Shown: positions 17,187 through 26,296 of the stretch, piece after piece
How positions within the stretch are numbered: position 1 is the stretch's first letter
Layout of the letters: each line of letters begins with the position of its first letter
Assembly: GCA_964403505.1 (NCBI GenBank)
Contig: CAYOFP010000002.1
Span: 3,660 to 67,659, forward strand
Source: an uncultured Lachnospiraceae bacterium
GTDB lineage: Bacteria; Bacillota; Clostridia; Oscillospirales; CAG-272
Reading direction: 5' to 3'
Length of the DNA stretch: 64,000 bases
Position numbers and translations under genes: made by a program
The notes under the pieces: model-generated
Seen by the model: the letters and a program-made list of their open reading frames with translations, nothing else
Told to the model about the DNA's origin: nothing
Databases searched by the model: none

Positions 17187-19826
17187 TTATTTCAGCATAC
17201 TCTCGACTGTCGGTACGACTGCATCGAGTGCCGCCTGTACTTTCGTCGGGTCTTTCGCACCGCTTGTTGCGCTGTCGGGGCGTCCGCCGCCGTTACCGCC
17301 TGCGATCTGCGAAATTGTTTTGAGTATGTTTCCGGCGTGTGCACCGGCGCAAACCGCATCCTTGCCGCATGCGCATACGAAGTTAAGCTTGTTGTCAAGA
17401 TTTGTGGAGAGGACGATCACCGCATCGGGCATATCAGCCTTTACCCGGTCGCATATCTCACGGGCAACATTCAGTGCGATGCCGTCTGTGCTTTCGGCAA
17501 AGACCTTGATGCCGCCGACCATAGTGACATTTTTGAGCATTTCCTCTGTCTGAGCCGCCGCCATCTTTGTGTTGAGCGCTTCGATCTCTTTCTTTGCATC
17601 GTGGAGCTCTTTCTGCACCTGGATGACTTTCTTTGCGATCTCGGCGATATTTCCTATCTTGAGCTCTTTTGCCGCCGAGTGGATGAGGGAATCCTTCTCC
17701 TCAAGCAGCTCGAGCACACCCGTTCCGGTCGTACCCTCTATTCTGCGCACGCCTGCCGCAACGCCCTGCTCGCTTATTATCTTGAAAAGGCCGAGCTTTG
17801 CGGTGTTGTCCTGATGTGTACCGCCGCAGAATTCTGTCGAGAAGTCACCCATCTTAACGACTCTTACGACATCGCCGTATTTCTCGCCGAACAGAGCCAT
17901 GGCGCCCATTTTCTTTGCGCTTTCGATATCGGTCTCGACCGTGTTTATTACCTCGCCTTTGAGTATCTCCTCGTTGACGAGCTTTTCTGTCTCTGCAATT
18001 TCCTCTTTCGTCATGGCAGTGAAGTGCGAGAAGTCGAAACGCACACGTTTTTCATCGACGTAAGAGCCTGCCTGCTCGACGTGTGTGCCGAGCACACGGC
18101 GCAGTGCCGCCTGCAATATGTGTGCTGCCGAATGGTTTCTCTTGATCGCCTCACGCCTGTCTGCGTCGATCTCGGCGCTTACGTTCATATTGACGCTTAT
18201 CTCACCCTCGACGACCTCGCCGATATGCAGATAAATGCCCTCGTGCTTTTTGGTATCGGTTATCCTTATTTTTACGCCGTCAGAAACGATAACGCCTGTA
18301 TCGCCGACCTGACCGCCGCTCTCAGCATAGAAGGGTGTTTTGTCGAGGACGATAACGACCTTGCCCTCGCATGCACTTCCGACGGGCTCGTTATTTGCGT
18401 CAATGATGGCGGTGACTGTTGCGTCCGTGCATATCTCGGTGTAACCCGTGAATACCGTCTTTTGAGACTTGTCGAGGAAATCAAACGATTCATCGCTCCA
18501 TGCGAAATCGCCGAGCGCCGAGCGTGCATTTCTCGCACGTTCCTTCTGATCGTTCATAAGGGCATGGAATCCGTCCTCGTCGATGTGCAGACCGTTTTCC
18601 TCGGCGATCTCACGTGTCAGGTCAAGCGGGAAGCCGAATGTATCGTTGAGCTTGAAAACGTCCTTGCCTGCAAGGATGTTCGCCCCTACGCTCTTTATTT
18701 TTGCGATGATCTCGCCGAGCTTTTCAATGCCCGAGTCGATCGTGAGCGAGAAACGTTCCTCCTCGATCTTAACTATTTTCTGAATGTAACCGAGCTTTTC
18801 GGTCAGCTCGGGATATGCGCTGTAATTTTCACGTGCCACGACCTCGCAAATATCGGAGAGGAAAAGTCCATCGATGCCGAGGAGCCTTCCGTGCCTTGCC
18901 GCACGGCGGAGCAGTCTGCGCAGGACGTAACCTCGGCCCTCGTTCGACGGGATAACGCCGTCGCAGATAAGGAATGTGGTGCTTCTGATATGGTCGGTGA
19001 TAACACGCAGGGAGATATCCTTTTTCGGGTCTTCGCCGTATTTGACGCCGGCCTTTTCGGAGATTGCCGCCATGATGTTTTTGACTGTATCTACCTCAAA
19101 GAGGTTGTTCACGCCCTGCATCAGGCATGCAAGACGCTCGAGTCCCATACCCGTGTCGATATTGGGATGCTCGAGGGGAGTGTAGCCGCCCTTTCCGTCG
19201 CCGTCGAACTGAGTGAAAACGAGATTCCAGAATTCCATGAATCTGTCGCAGTCACAGCCGGGCTTGCAGTCGGGCGAGCCGCAGCCGTATTTTTCGCCGC
19301 GGTCGAAATATATCTCGGAGCAGGGGCCGCACGGACCTGAGCCGATCTCCCAGAAGTTGTCGTCTTTTCCGAGACGGACGATCTTTTCGGCAGGAATACC
19401 GATCATTTTATTCCAAAGCTCGAAAGCCTCGTCGTCGTTTTCGTATATCGTCACCCAGAGTTTGTCCTCGGGTAATTCAAGGCGTGTGGTGATAAATTCC
19501 CATGCCCAGGAGATCGCATCTTTTTTGAAATAATCACCGAAAGAGAAGTTTCCGAGCATTTCAAAATATGTACCGTGACGTGCGGTGATACCGACACGCT
19601 CGATATCGGGCGTTCTGATACACTTCTGACAGGTCGTCATGCGGTGACGGGGCGGCTCTTCTTCCCCTGTGAAATATTTTTTGAGGGGCGCCATACCTGC
19701 GTTGATCAGAAGCAGCGATTTATCATTTATTGGAACAAGAGGGAAGCTCTTGTGTCTTAAGTGTTCCTTCGACTCATAAAACGAAAGAAACATCTCTCTT
19801 AAATCGTTAAGCGATGTCCACTTCAT
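17187..19826 (-). CDS. alaS: Alanine--tRNA ligase
   Basis: 880 aa from MKWTSLNDLREMFLSFYESKEH. Class II core, editing domain (HSAAHIL) and C-terminal DHHA1 region are present. GGAGGT RBS. Confidence 0.97.
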   Translation of the reverse strand: MKWTSLNDLREMFLSFYESKEHLRHKSFPLVPINDKSLLLINAGMAPLKKYFTGEEEPPRHRMTTCQKCIRTPDIERVGITARHGTYFEMLGNFSFGDYFKKDAISWAWEFITTRLELPEDKLWVTIYENDDEAFELWNKMIGIPAEKIVRLGKDDNFWEIGSGPCGPCSEIYFDRGEKYGCGSPDCKPGCDCDRFMEFWNLVFTQFDGDGKGGYTPLEHPNIDTGMGLERLACLMQGVNNLFEVDTVKNIMAAISEKAGVKYGEDPKKDISLRVITDHIRSTTFLICDGVIPSNEGRGYVLRRLLRRAARHGRLLGIDGLFLSDICEVVARENYSAYPELTEKLGYIQKIVKIEEERFSLTIDSGIEKLGEIIAKIKSVGANILAGKDVFKLNDTFGFPLDLTREIAEENGLHIDEDGFHALMNDQKERARNARSALGDFAWSDESFDFLDKSQKTVFTGYTEICTDATVTAIIDANNEPVGSACEGKVVIVLDKTPFYAESGGQVGDTGVIVSDGVKIRITDTKKHEGIYLHIGEVVEGEISVNMNVSAEIDADRREAIKRNHSAAHILQAALRRVLGTHVEQAGSYVDEKRVRFDFSHFTAMTKEEIAETEKLVNEEILKGEVINTVETDIESAKKMGAMALFGEKYGDVVRVVKMGDFSTEFCGGTHQDNTAKLGLFKIISEQGVAAGVRRIEGTTGTGVLELLEEKDSLIHSAAKELKIGNIAEIAKKVIQVQKELHDAKKEIEALNTKMAAAQTEEMLKNVTMVGGIKVFAESTDGIALNVAREICDRVKADMPDAVIVLSTNLDNKLNFVCACGKDAVCAGAHAGNILKTISQIAGGNGGGRPDSATSGAKDPTKVQAALDAVVPTVESMLK

Positions 19827-19870
19827 TTTTATACCTCCGAAAAATTTAAAAAAATTATATATCAACTTAT

Positions 19871-19899
19871 ATTATATTAAAAAAACAGAGAAATGTCAA
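19871..19899 (-). promoter_or_regulatory. Sigma-A type promoter of alaS
   Basis: Minus strand: TTGACA (19899-19894), 17-nt spacer, TATAAT (19876-19871). This leaves a leader of only about 40 nt. Confidence 0.75.
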
Positions 19900-19957
19900 T
19901 TCCTGTGGCAAATAAAAATAAAACCACGGAAATCAAGGGTAATATAACGACATATTC

Positions 19958-20006
19958 AAAAAACGTCATACACATCCCACAGATATTGATCCGTGGGATG
20001 TGTACG
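19958..20006 (-). terminator. Rho-independent terminator of the two-gene ABC operon
   Basis: 11-bp stem ACACATCCCAC / GTGGGATGTGT, extended by CGT/ACG across a 3-nt bulge, then T6 on the minus strand. Confidence 0.7.
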
Positions 20007-20162
20007 TTATACTGTATACAGAACACATATCCTTGCTTTACATAAAGAGCTTTGCCTCCGAATTTTTCTTTTTTGCATACACATACTTATTAATGGATCC
20101 CTGAAAATCAAATGATTTTAAATGATCCATTCTTTGAAAAACACCCCCGGCATGAGCGGCGG

Positions 20163-22037
20163 TCATGTTTTTGTATAATATTGCGCCTGTGCACGCCAGA
20201 GCTGACGATACTTGCCGTTTTCGTCCGTCAGCAACATGTCATGGGACCCTACCTGTACGAGCTCGCCGTGATCGAACACTGCAATGCTGTCACAGAACCG
20301 ACATGACGATAACCTGTGACTGATAAACACCGAGGTTTTATCTTTTACAAGTACGTTGAAATTCTCATAAACCGCAGCTTCTGCAATAGGGTCAAGAGCT
20401 GCTGTAGGTTCATCAAGCACAACAAACGGTGCGTCCTTGTATAGTGCACGTGCGAGTGCGATCTTTTGCATTTCGCCGCCGGAAAACTCTATCCCGTGAT
20501 TATCATAATCCCTGCCGATGTAGCGTTTAAGCGCATCCTTTTCGTCACTTTGCGGGTCGTTATCAAGGGTTGTAATCTTTTCTTCCATTCCTGCACGGAT
20601 CAGACAATCACGTACTCTGGCGGAATCATACTTGTAATCGGCTGCAACATTCTCTCCGAGCGAGAATGCAAACATTGTAAAATCCTGAAAAACGACTGAG
20701 AACAATGCCATATATTCATGATATCTATACCGTGTTATATCTATACCGTTAAGAAATATCTTTCCTTCTGTCGGGTCATAAAGTCGGCACAGAAGCTTGA
20801 TGAACGTCGTCTTGCCGGAACCGTTTTCTCCGACGATAGCAAGCTTGTCTCCGATCTTGAACTTGATATTGACATGTCGGAGCACCCAATTGTCGGTACG
20901 CGGATATTTGAAACTGACATCACGAAACTCGATCTCGTAATCGTTGTCGTTGCGCTTCTCTACAGCAAGAGTTCCGTTATACATATCGTTAGGCAGATCG
21001 AGGAAATCATACAGCTCCTCAAGATAAATATTATTGTGGCGCAATCTGCCGAATACGGATGACAGACCTGAGGCGGCACCGACAAAGCGGCTGATCGTAC
21101 CTTGATACAAGATAAAATTACCGATTCCGAAAACTCCGATAAATGCTTTTGCGGCAACGAATAAATATATCACAATGTTAAGAAACGCCTCCAAACCGGT
21201 TAACAGAAGACCAAAATGAATATTTATCTTTTCCATATTTTCTATCCACTTCGGGCGCAACTGATATTTACGGAATTCCTCCATGACGATTCGGTTGAGC
21301 TTAAATATGATCACATCCGCTCCCCACGTGCGTTGATATACAGAATATCTGGTATTTAATTGAGCGAGTTTGGAAACCTCTTCGTTGTCTCTGGCTGTTC
21401 TTTTAGCTGATATTTTCACGGACAGAAACGTATTTATCAATATCAGAACAATAACTGCAATTGCCGAAAAAGGAGAATTAATGAAAGCAAAGATTCCCGT
21501 AAATTCACCCTCAGCCGCCATTGCAAACATCGAAACTGTAAGGGATACCGAAAAAATAATGTCTAAAACAGTACCAAGCAGATCTTGAACGCACAGTTTG
21601 ACAGCCGGCATACCTCCTCCGATGGCATTGAATGACGCAAATATTTTTGAGCGCAATAATACAACATCGGGATTTTCCAAATGTTCATACTGCATATCAT
21701 TCTGTGTATGAACCAAATAGCCTTCGTGCTGCTGCCACATCAGGTAATCCTTTAATGTACGTTTGCTTTGGAAGAACCTTGTGACAACAGATATTAAAAA
21801 TATTCCGACAACGGTAATTGCCGCAAGCCCAAGCAGTTTTTTGAGATCACAGTCTGAGGCAAGCTCATTTACCATGAGCGCTGACATATAAAGACCGAAA
21901 TAGGGCGTAAATGTTTCGAGAAGAGTACAAACTACCTGCCATAACCAAAAATGCGGCATGATATCGTTCCATATGCCAATTGCACGTTTGATGAAGTGCC
22001 AATCCTCTCGAAAGGTACGCTTTTTATTATTGTTCAC
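20163..22037 (-). CDS. ABC exporter, fused permease/ATP-binding subunit
   Basis: Walker A GENGSGKTT, signature FSGGEMQK, Walker B FVVLDEPTA. It overlaps the upstream gene by 11 nt. Confidence 0.9.
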   Translation of the reverse strand: MNNNKKRTFREDWHFIKRAIGIWNDIMPHFWLWQVVCTLLETFTPYFGLYMSALMVNELASDCDLKKLLGLAAITVVGIFLISVVTRFFQSKRTLKDYLMWQQHEGYLVHTQNDMQYEHLENPDVVLLRSKIFASFNAIGGGMPAVKLCVQDLLGTVLDIIFSVSLTVSMFAMAAEGEFTGIFAFINSPFSAIAVIVLILINTFLSVKISAKRTARDNEEVSKLAQLNTRYSVYQRTWGADVIIFKLNRIVMEEFRKYQLRPKWIENMEKINIHFGLLLTGLEAFLNIVIYLFVAAKAFIGVFGIGNFILYQGTISRFVGAASGLSSVFGRLRHNNIYLEELYDFLDLPNDMYNGTLAVEKRNDNDYEIEFRDVSFKYPRTDNWVLRHVNIKFKIGDKLAIVGENGSGKTTFIKLLCRLYDPTEGKIFLNGIDITRYRYHEYMALFSVVFQDFTMFAFSLGENVAADYKYDSARVRDCLIRAGMEEKITTLDNDPQSDEKDALKRYIGRDYDNHGIEFSGGEMQKIALARALYKDAPFVVLDEPTAALDPIAEAAVYENFNVLVKDKTSVFISHRLSSCRFCDSIAVFDHGELVQVGSHDMLLTDENGKYRQLWRAQAQYYTKT

Positions 22038-23880
22038 GGTTTTCTTCCCCCTCTCTGTAATATTTGGATTGAACGTCGAACAATTCTCTGTACTTCCCGT
22101 TTAGCTTCATCAATTCGTTGTGGGTCCCGACTTCGGCAAAAACAGCTCCGTCAAGTAAAAAGATCTTGTCACAGAATCTCGTAGAGGCGAGTCGGTGAGA
22201 AATGAAGATCGACGTCGCATGAGATGATATTTCATTATATCTGCGGTAAATGCCGTCCTCGGCAATAGGGTCAAGCGCAGCGGTGGGTTCGTCAAGAATA
22301 ATACAAAGCGGATTTTTATATAGCAGTCTTGCCAATAAGAGCTTCTGTGTTTCGCCTCCCGAAAGCTCAATTCCGTCAGGATTAACTTCTCGGTTCAGCA
22401 GAGTGTCAGCGCCTTTTTCTAAAGACGCAATTTTTTTATCAAGTCCTGCGATCTCAATACATTGATTTAATTTTTGTCGGTCTATTTCGTCGTCTGTCAT
22501 AGCGGATGCTATGTTTCGGGCGATCGAGACAGGAAGCAAATGATAATTCTGCGGTACAAATCCAAACAAAGAATACATTTCATCACGATTATATTCGGTC
22601 AATGGATGGCCGTCAAGAAGAATCTCTCCTTTATCAGGCAAGAACAGACCGCACATAAGCATTGTCAGCGTTGTTTTTCCTGCACCGTTCAGACCAACGA
22701 GCGCTATCTTCTCTCCTGCCTCTATTTTGAAAGAAATGTTGTCGAGAACCTTTTTTTCTCCCTTGGGGTATTTGAAAGATACATTTCTGAATTCTATTGA
22801 AAACGGAGCGGTCGGTATGGGAATACCTTTGCCGCGGTTTAAACGATCGGGAATTTCATATGCTTCACGGTAGTCGGATATCTGAAGCGCACCGTCAAAA
22901 ACACGGTTTATCGTACCGAGGATTCCGTTCATGAGAGCGGACATAGAGGTTATTGCAGAAAAATACAATACAAAGGATGAAGCGCTGATCTCCCCGTGAA
23001 CTGCTTTATATATAAGGAAGGTATACGCCGCACCGTCACGTAACAGTATGATCAAATAACTTATAACAGAAACAAGGATTGCGTTTTTTTCAATTTTTTT
23101 CTGTTCATTTTCCCGCAGTTTAAAAATCGAATTCAGACGTTCTTTAATAGAGTCTGCCATACTGTACAGACGGACATCTTTCGCATATTTAAAGTCCCGG
23201 GACATTTCGAATGTGCAGTACATGATTTTTTTGTCGAGGGCATTTCGGATATCCATATTGTCTCTGTTTTTATTTCTCTGCCATCTGCCCATGAGTGAAT
23301 TGAGCACCGTGCCAAAAGCGAGCAGCAGTATAATGATCGGATGCAAAAGTGAAATAACAGAGCCGAACAACAAAAACTTCAGTATCTGCGAAAGCATATT
23401 TGCAAAATCCATAGGGAAATGCACACCCGCTGTATGATTGGTCTGAATAGCATTCATCGCTCTCTCGTTCAGCTTTTCGATCTCGGGGTCGAAGTCAAGG
23501 TACCAATCGCGATCGCGCTGTCTCGACATCCACATATATATCATGTGATTAAGAACGTACATTTCGGAATTCTGGCTCTTCGTACCAATAATATTGTTAA
23601 AAGCGTCAAGCAGAAGCTGAGCTGAAAGCAATCCGAAAATCACAAGTGCGATATAAGAAAACCTATCCGAAGTTTCCAATACAGATATAATCACGGATGG
23701 GGTATACAGAGCCAGCGCGGACAGGCAAAGCGAGAGCGGTACGATAAATACCCCGACAAACGCCAAGCCCCGCTCGTACTTCCAAAGCAGTCTGTAAATG
23801 TATCCCACACAGGAAAACAGTCCGTATTTCGGCTTGCATTTGGAGTCCTTTTTCTTTTTCTTTTTCTCTTTATGTTTCAT
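22027..23880 (-). CDS. ABC exporter, fused permease/ATP-binding subunit
   Basis: Walker A GLNGAGKTT, signature LSGGETQK, Walker B CIILDEPTA. Lys-rich N-terminus. GGAGGG RBS. Confidence 0.9.
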   Translation of the reverse strand: MKHKEKKKKKKDSKCKPKYGLFSCVGYIYRLLWKYERGLAFVGVFIVPLSLCLSALALYTPSVIISVLETSDRFSYIALVIFGLLSAQLLLDAFNNIIGTKSQNSEMYVLNHMIYMWMSRQRDRDWYLDFDPEIEKLNERAMNAIQTNHTAGVHFPMDFANMLSQILKFLLFGSVISLLHPIIILLLAFGTVLNSLMGRWQRNKNRDNMDIRNALDKKIMYCTFEMSRDFKYAKDVRLYSMADSIKERLNSIFKLRENEQKKIEKNAILVSVISYLIILLRDGAAYTFLIYKAVHGEISASSFVLYFSAITSMSALMNGILGTINRVFDGALQISDYREAYEIPDRLNRGKGIPIPTAPFSIEFRNVSFKYPKGEKKVLDNISFKIEAGEKIALVGLNGAGKTTLTMLMCGLFLPDKGEILLDGHPLTEYNRDEMYSLFGFVPQNYHLLPVSIARNIASAMTDDEIDRQKLNQCIEIAGLDKKIASLEKGADTLLNREVNPDGIELSGGETQKLLLARLLYKNPLCIILDEPTAALDPIAEDGIYRRYNEISSHATSIFISHRLASTRFCDKIFLLDGAVFAEVGTHNELMKLNGKYRELFDVQSKYYREGEENREQ

Positions 23881-23942
23881 AAACGAACCCTCCTTTCATT
23901 GCGATCATATTGTATCACACACTCAAAAGAAAAGCGCATTTC

Positions 23943-23975
23943 GTGAACCAAATGTTGTTTTCGGTGAACGAAATG
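23943..23975 (-). promoter_or_regulatory. Candidate LytTR-regulator binding site: two direct repeats CATTT(C/G)GTTCAC phased 21 bp apart
   Basis: Minus-strand repeats lie at 23975-23964 and 23954-23943, matching 11 of 12 positions. They sit about 29 nt upstream of an extended -10 TGATACAAT (TACAAT at 23914-23909), and no good -35 is present. Confidence 0.45.
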
Positions 23976-23983
23976 CACTTTTA

Positions 23984-24640
23984 TCATTGAAGCGGGATCA
24001 AGATCTCTGCTGTAAATCCCCCGTCCTCACTATCTGCCGAGAAAAGTCCATTGTATTTATTTACAATGCTTTTCACCCGGGCAAGCCCGAATCCATGTTC
24101 AGCGCCTTTCGTAGAACCGAACGCTCCTCCGGATTTTTCTTTCTTCTTTCCCGCAGCATTTGTAAAAGTAAGATACAGCTGCGTGTTTTTCTGCCCGATG
24201 TATATACGGATGAAGCGGTCGCCCTCCGTAAGCTTTTTGTTCTCCTCAACAGCATTGTCAAGTAAGTTGCCGATTATAACACATAAATCAACATCCGTTA
24301 AAGGCGCACTGTCGGGAATTTTTGCCTTTACATTGACGGGAATATCGTTCTGTGCGGCAATGTTCATTTTCCCGTTGAGAATGGCGTCTACCATCACGCG
24401 TCCTGTTTTAACGGTGGTGTCTACATTTGTCAGATCGTCGTTGAGTAAGCGAAGATAATCGTTGACCTCATCATATTTACCGAGTGCCATACTCGCCTGC
24501 AATGCCTGTATATGGTTGTGATAATCGTGACGCCATCCGCGCATTTTTGTATACATGGATTCTACTTCGTCGCAGTATTTTTTCAGCAGGTCGCTTTGGT
24601 ATGCCTCTATTCGTTTGTCTATCCATTTTTGAAATAACAT
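23984..24640 (-). CDS. GHKL-type histidine kinase core (DHp + ATPase) with no transmembrane or sensor domain
   Basis: 218 aa. H-box RHDYHNHIQAL, N-box GNLLDNAVEE, G-box HGFGLARV. There is no hydrophobic segment. Its start lies 9 nt after the response-regulator stop. Confidence 0.75.
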   Translation of the reverse strand: MLFQKWIDKRIEAYQSDLLKKYCDEVESMYTKMRGWRHDYHNHIQALQASMALGKYDEVNDYLRLLNDDLTNVDTTVKTGRVMVDAILNGKMNIAAQNDIPVNVKAKIPDSAPLTDVDLCVIIGNLLDNAVEENKKLTEGDRFIRIYIGQKNTQLYLTFTNAAGKKKEKSGGAFGSTKGAEHGFGLARVKSIVNKYNGLFSADSEDGGFTAEILIPLQ

Positions 24641-24648
24641 ATAGCCCC

Positions 24649-25350
24649 CTAAAATAACCGAATAATTTCTTTACCGATCTTCTCGGCCATACCGCGGCTG
24701 ATAGGTACTTTTACACCGTTTTTTAATGTAACATAATCGGTATTTATACGGATAATATTCCGTAGATTTACAATAAATGACCGCTGACACTTGAAGAAAT
24801 AACGGTCAAGCTGCATTTCGATGTCTGCGAGGGAAGCTTTCATACGGTATGTATTCCCTACAGTATAGATAAGAACATACTGTTTTTTCGCTTCAATATA
24901 CGTAATCTGATTGAGCGGAACATAATCCACCTGCCTGTCAAAGCTGACGCACAGACGCTTCTCCGCTTTTGTCAGATTTGCGGCAGCTTTGTCGAGAACT
25001 GCGTGCAGTTTTTCTGTGGAAACAGGCTTCATAAGATAGTGGAGTGCAGAGACTTCATAGCCCTCTGAGATATAGTCGGGAAATCCGGTGATAAATACTA
25101 TCTGCACGGTGTTGTTTGATTCACGGATAGTTTTAGCGAGCTCCACGCCGTTCATTTTGCCCATTTCAATATCAAGCAAAAGGATATCGTATGCTTTGTC
25201 ATCCTCGTACTCAAACAAGAATGCCTCGGCAGAAGCAAATGTGCATATCTCGCAACTATGCACCTCTCTCTCGCTCCACGATGACACGAGCGAGGTTAAA
25301 TATTCAATTTGGTTCTGTTCGTTGTCGCAGATCGCAATTTTCAGTTCCAT
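24649..25350 (-). CDS. LytTR family response regulator
   Basis: Receiver domain (KIAICDNE..DILLLDIEM) plus a C-terminal LytTR domain (ITYIEAKKQYVLIYT..FKCQRSFIVNL). Start at MELKIAICD with a GGGAGAGG RBS. Confidence 0.85.
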   Translation of the reverse strand: MELKIAICDNEQNQIEYLTSLVSSWSEREVHSCEICTFASAEAFLFEYEDDKAYDILLLDIEMGKMNGVELAKTIRESNNTVQIVFITGFPDYISEGYEVSALHYLMKPVSTEKLHAVLDKAAANLTKAEKRLCVSFDRQVDYVPLNQITYIEAKKQYVLIYTVGNTYRMKASLADIEMQLDRYFFKCQRSFIVNLRNIIRINTDYVTLKNGVKVPISRGMAEKIGKEIIRLF

Positions 25351-25501
25351 ATATTTTGTCCTCTCCCAGTCAGAAAATCCTATAACAAATATCATATTTA
25401 TCATAGCATATAACCGCATAAAAAACAATAGACGATTCAACTCTGCGGCACTGCCGGAGCTTGAAAAAGATATATTAACGAACTCACGCCTGAAATTTTA
25501 C

Positions 25502-25730
25502 ACACCTTTGTTTCCAGGATTGTGATACACGAACGGACAGAGCGATAAAAGCAGAAATCCGAACAGCAGATCGACATCTGCTTCCGATACATTGGAAATG
25601 CAGCAGGGATGTAGACCGGGGGAAATATATCAAAGGACAGGCAGCACTTACGTACTTCCTGTCCTTTGATACCAACCTTAAGCTGAAGAGAACCGACGGT
25701 GTTCGACTCTCTTCAGCTTAACAAAGGTGT
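25502..25730. repeat. Cluster of perfect palindromes closed by an 11-bp long-range pairing (unassigned)
   Basis: Outer pairing 25502-25512 with 25720-25730. Hairpins: 25565-25582 (7 bp), 25628-25671 (14 bp stem, 16-nt loop) and 25678-25721 (14 bp stem, 16-nt loop). Confidence 0.6.
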
Positions 25731-25768
25731 CGTTATTGTATCCCTGTTAAATCCGGGCTTTATCGGCA

Positions 25769-26287
25769 TTATTTCAATATTTTGTCAAAGGCAACACGCT
25801 TTGCGCCTTTTTCCTTGCCTTCCTGTAATCTTATCACACCGGCACGCCGAAATCCGTTTTTGGTAAGCATTCTCTGCATGGATAGATTGTCGGCGTGGGT
25901 ATCTGCTTTGAGATAACCTTTCCCGTCGGGGCAGAATGTGCGCTCGACGAATCTGACGATCTCGCTTGCAATACCTTTGCCTCTGTAATCCTCGTGTACG
26001 GCGACACGGTGCAGGACGACATAACCTTCATCCCGTCTCCACCATCCGTCTGCGATGCTTTCATAGCTGGGGTCGAGCTTTTTTGCGCTCATAAATACGC
26101 CGATGATCCTGCCTTCGTCAGAGCAGACAAAGGATTCGCCGGCTTTGATATCCTGTAGGATCGTTTCTTCGCTCGGGTATCCCGACTGCCATTGATCGAT
26201 CCCGGCGCTTTTAAAATACGCTCTCGCACTGTCGTATATTGCCTTGATGTGGGTAAAATCTGTTTCTTGTGATTTTCTGATTTCCAT
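25769..26287 (-). CDS. GNAT family N-acetyltransferase
   Basis: 172 aa with an acetyl-CoA binding motif (RVAVHEDYRGKGIASEIV). Confidence 0.85.
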   Translation of the reverse strand: MEIRKSQETDFTHIKAIYDSARAYFKSAGIDQWQSGYPSEETILQDIKAGESFVCSDEGRIIGVFMSAKKLDPSYESIADGWWRRDEGYVVLHRVAVHEDYRGKGIASEIVRFVERTFCPDGKGYLKADTHADNLSMQRMLTKNGFRRAGVIRLQEGKEKGAKRVAFDKILK

Positions 26288-26296
26288 GTGAATTCC

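Noticed and set aside
17337-19340. A 667-aa ORF on the plus strand, and many other long ORFs antisense to real genes (for example 910-1416, 1932-2582, 33240-33746, 40007-40639, 44618-45121).
   Set aside because: They lie entirely antisense to strongly supported genes (alaS, ackA, aro genes and others). They have Cys/Arg/His-rich low-complexity translations, no RBS and no recognisable motifs. These are shadow ORFs.
19827-20162. Possible T-box leader upstream of alaS, since many Firmicute aminoacyl-tRNA synthetase genes have one.
   Set aside because: A consensus TTGACA-17-TATAAT promoter sits only about 40 nt upstream of the alaS start. That leaves no room for a T-box. The hairpin at 19958-20006 belongs to the upstream ABC operon as its terminator, and no T-box sequence was seen.
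20071-20163. A 30-codon ORF (MDHLKSFDFQGSINKYVYAKKKNSEAKLFM) just downstream of the ABC exporter pair.
   Set aside because: It has no RBS, and the region folds into a compound hairpin (AATGGATC..AAAATCA tt TGATTTT..GATCCATT). It is more likely a 3'-UTR structure than a coding sequence.
25484-25675. A 63-aa ORF on the minus strand between the GNAT and LytTR genes, considered as a candidate signalling or bacteriocin peptide.
   Set aside because: It has no RBS, its translation is Cys/Arg/Ser-rich, and it runs through the palindrome cluster. It has no leader-peptide features such as a double-glycine motif.
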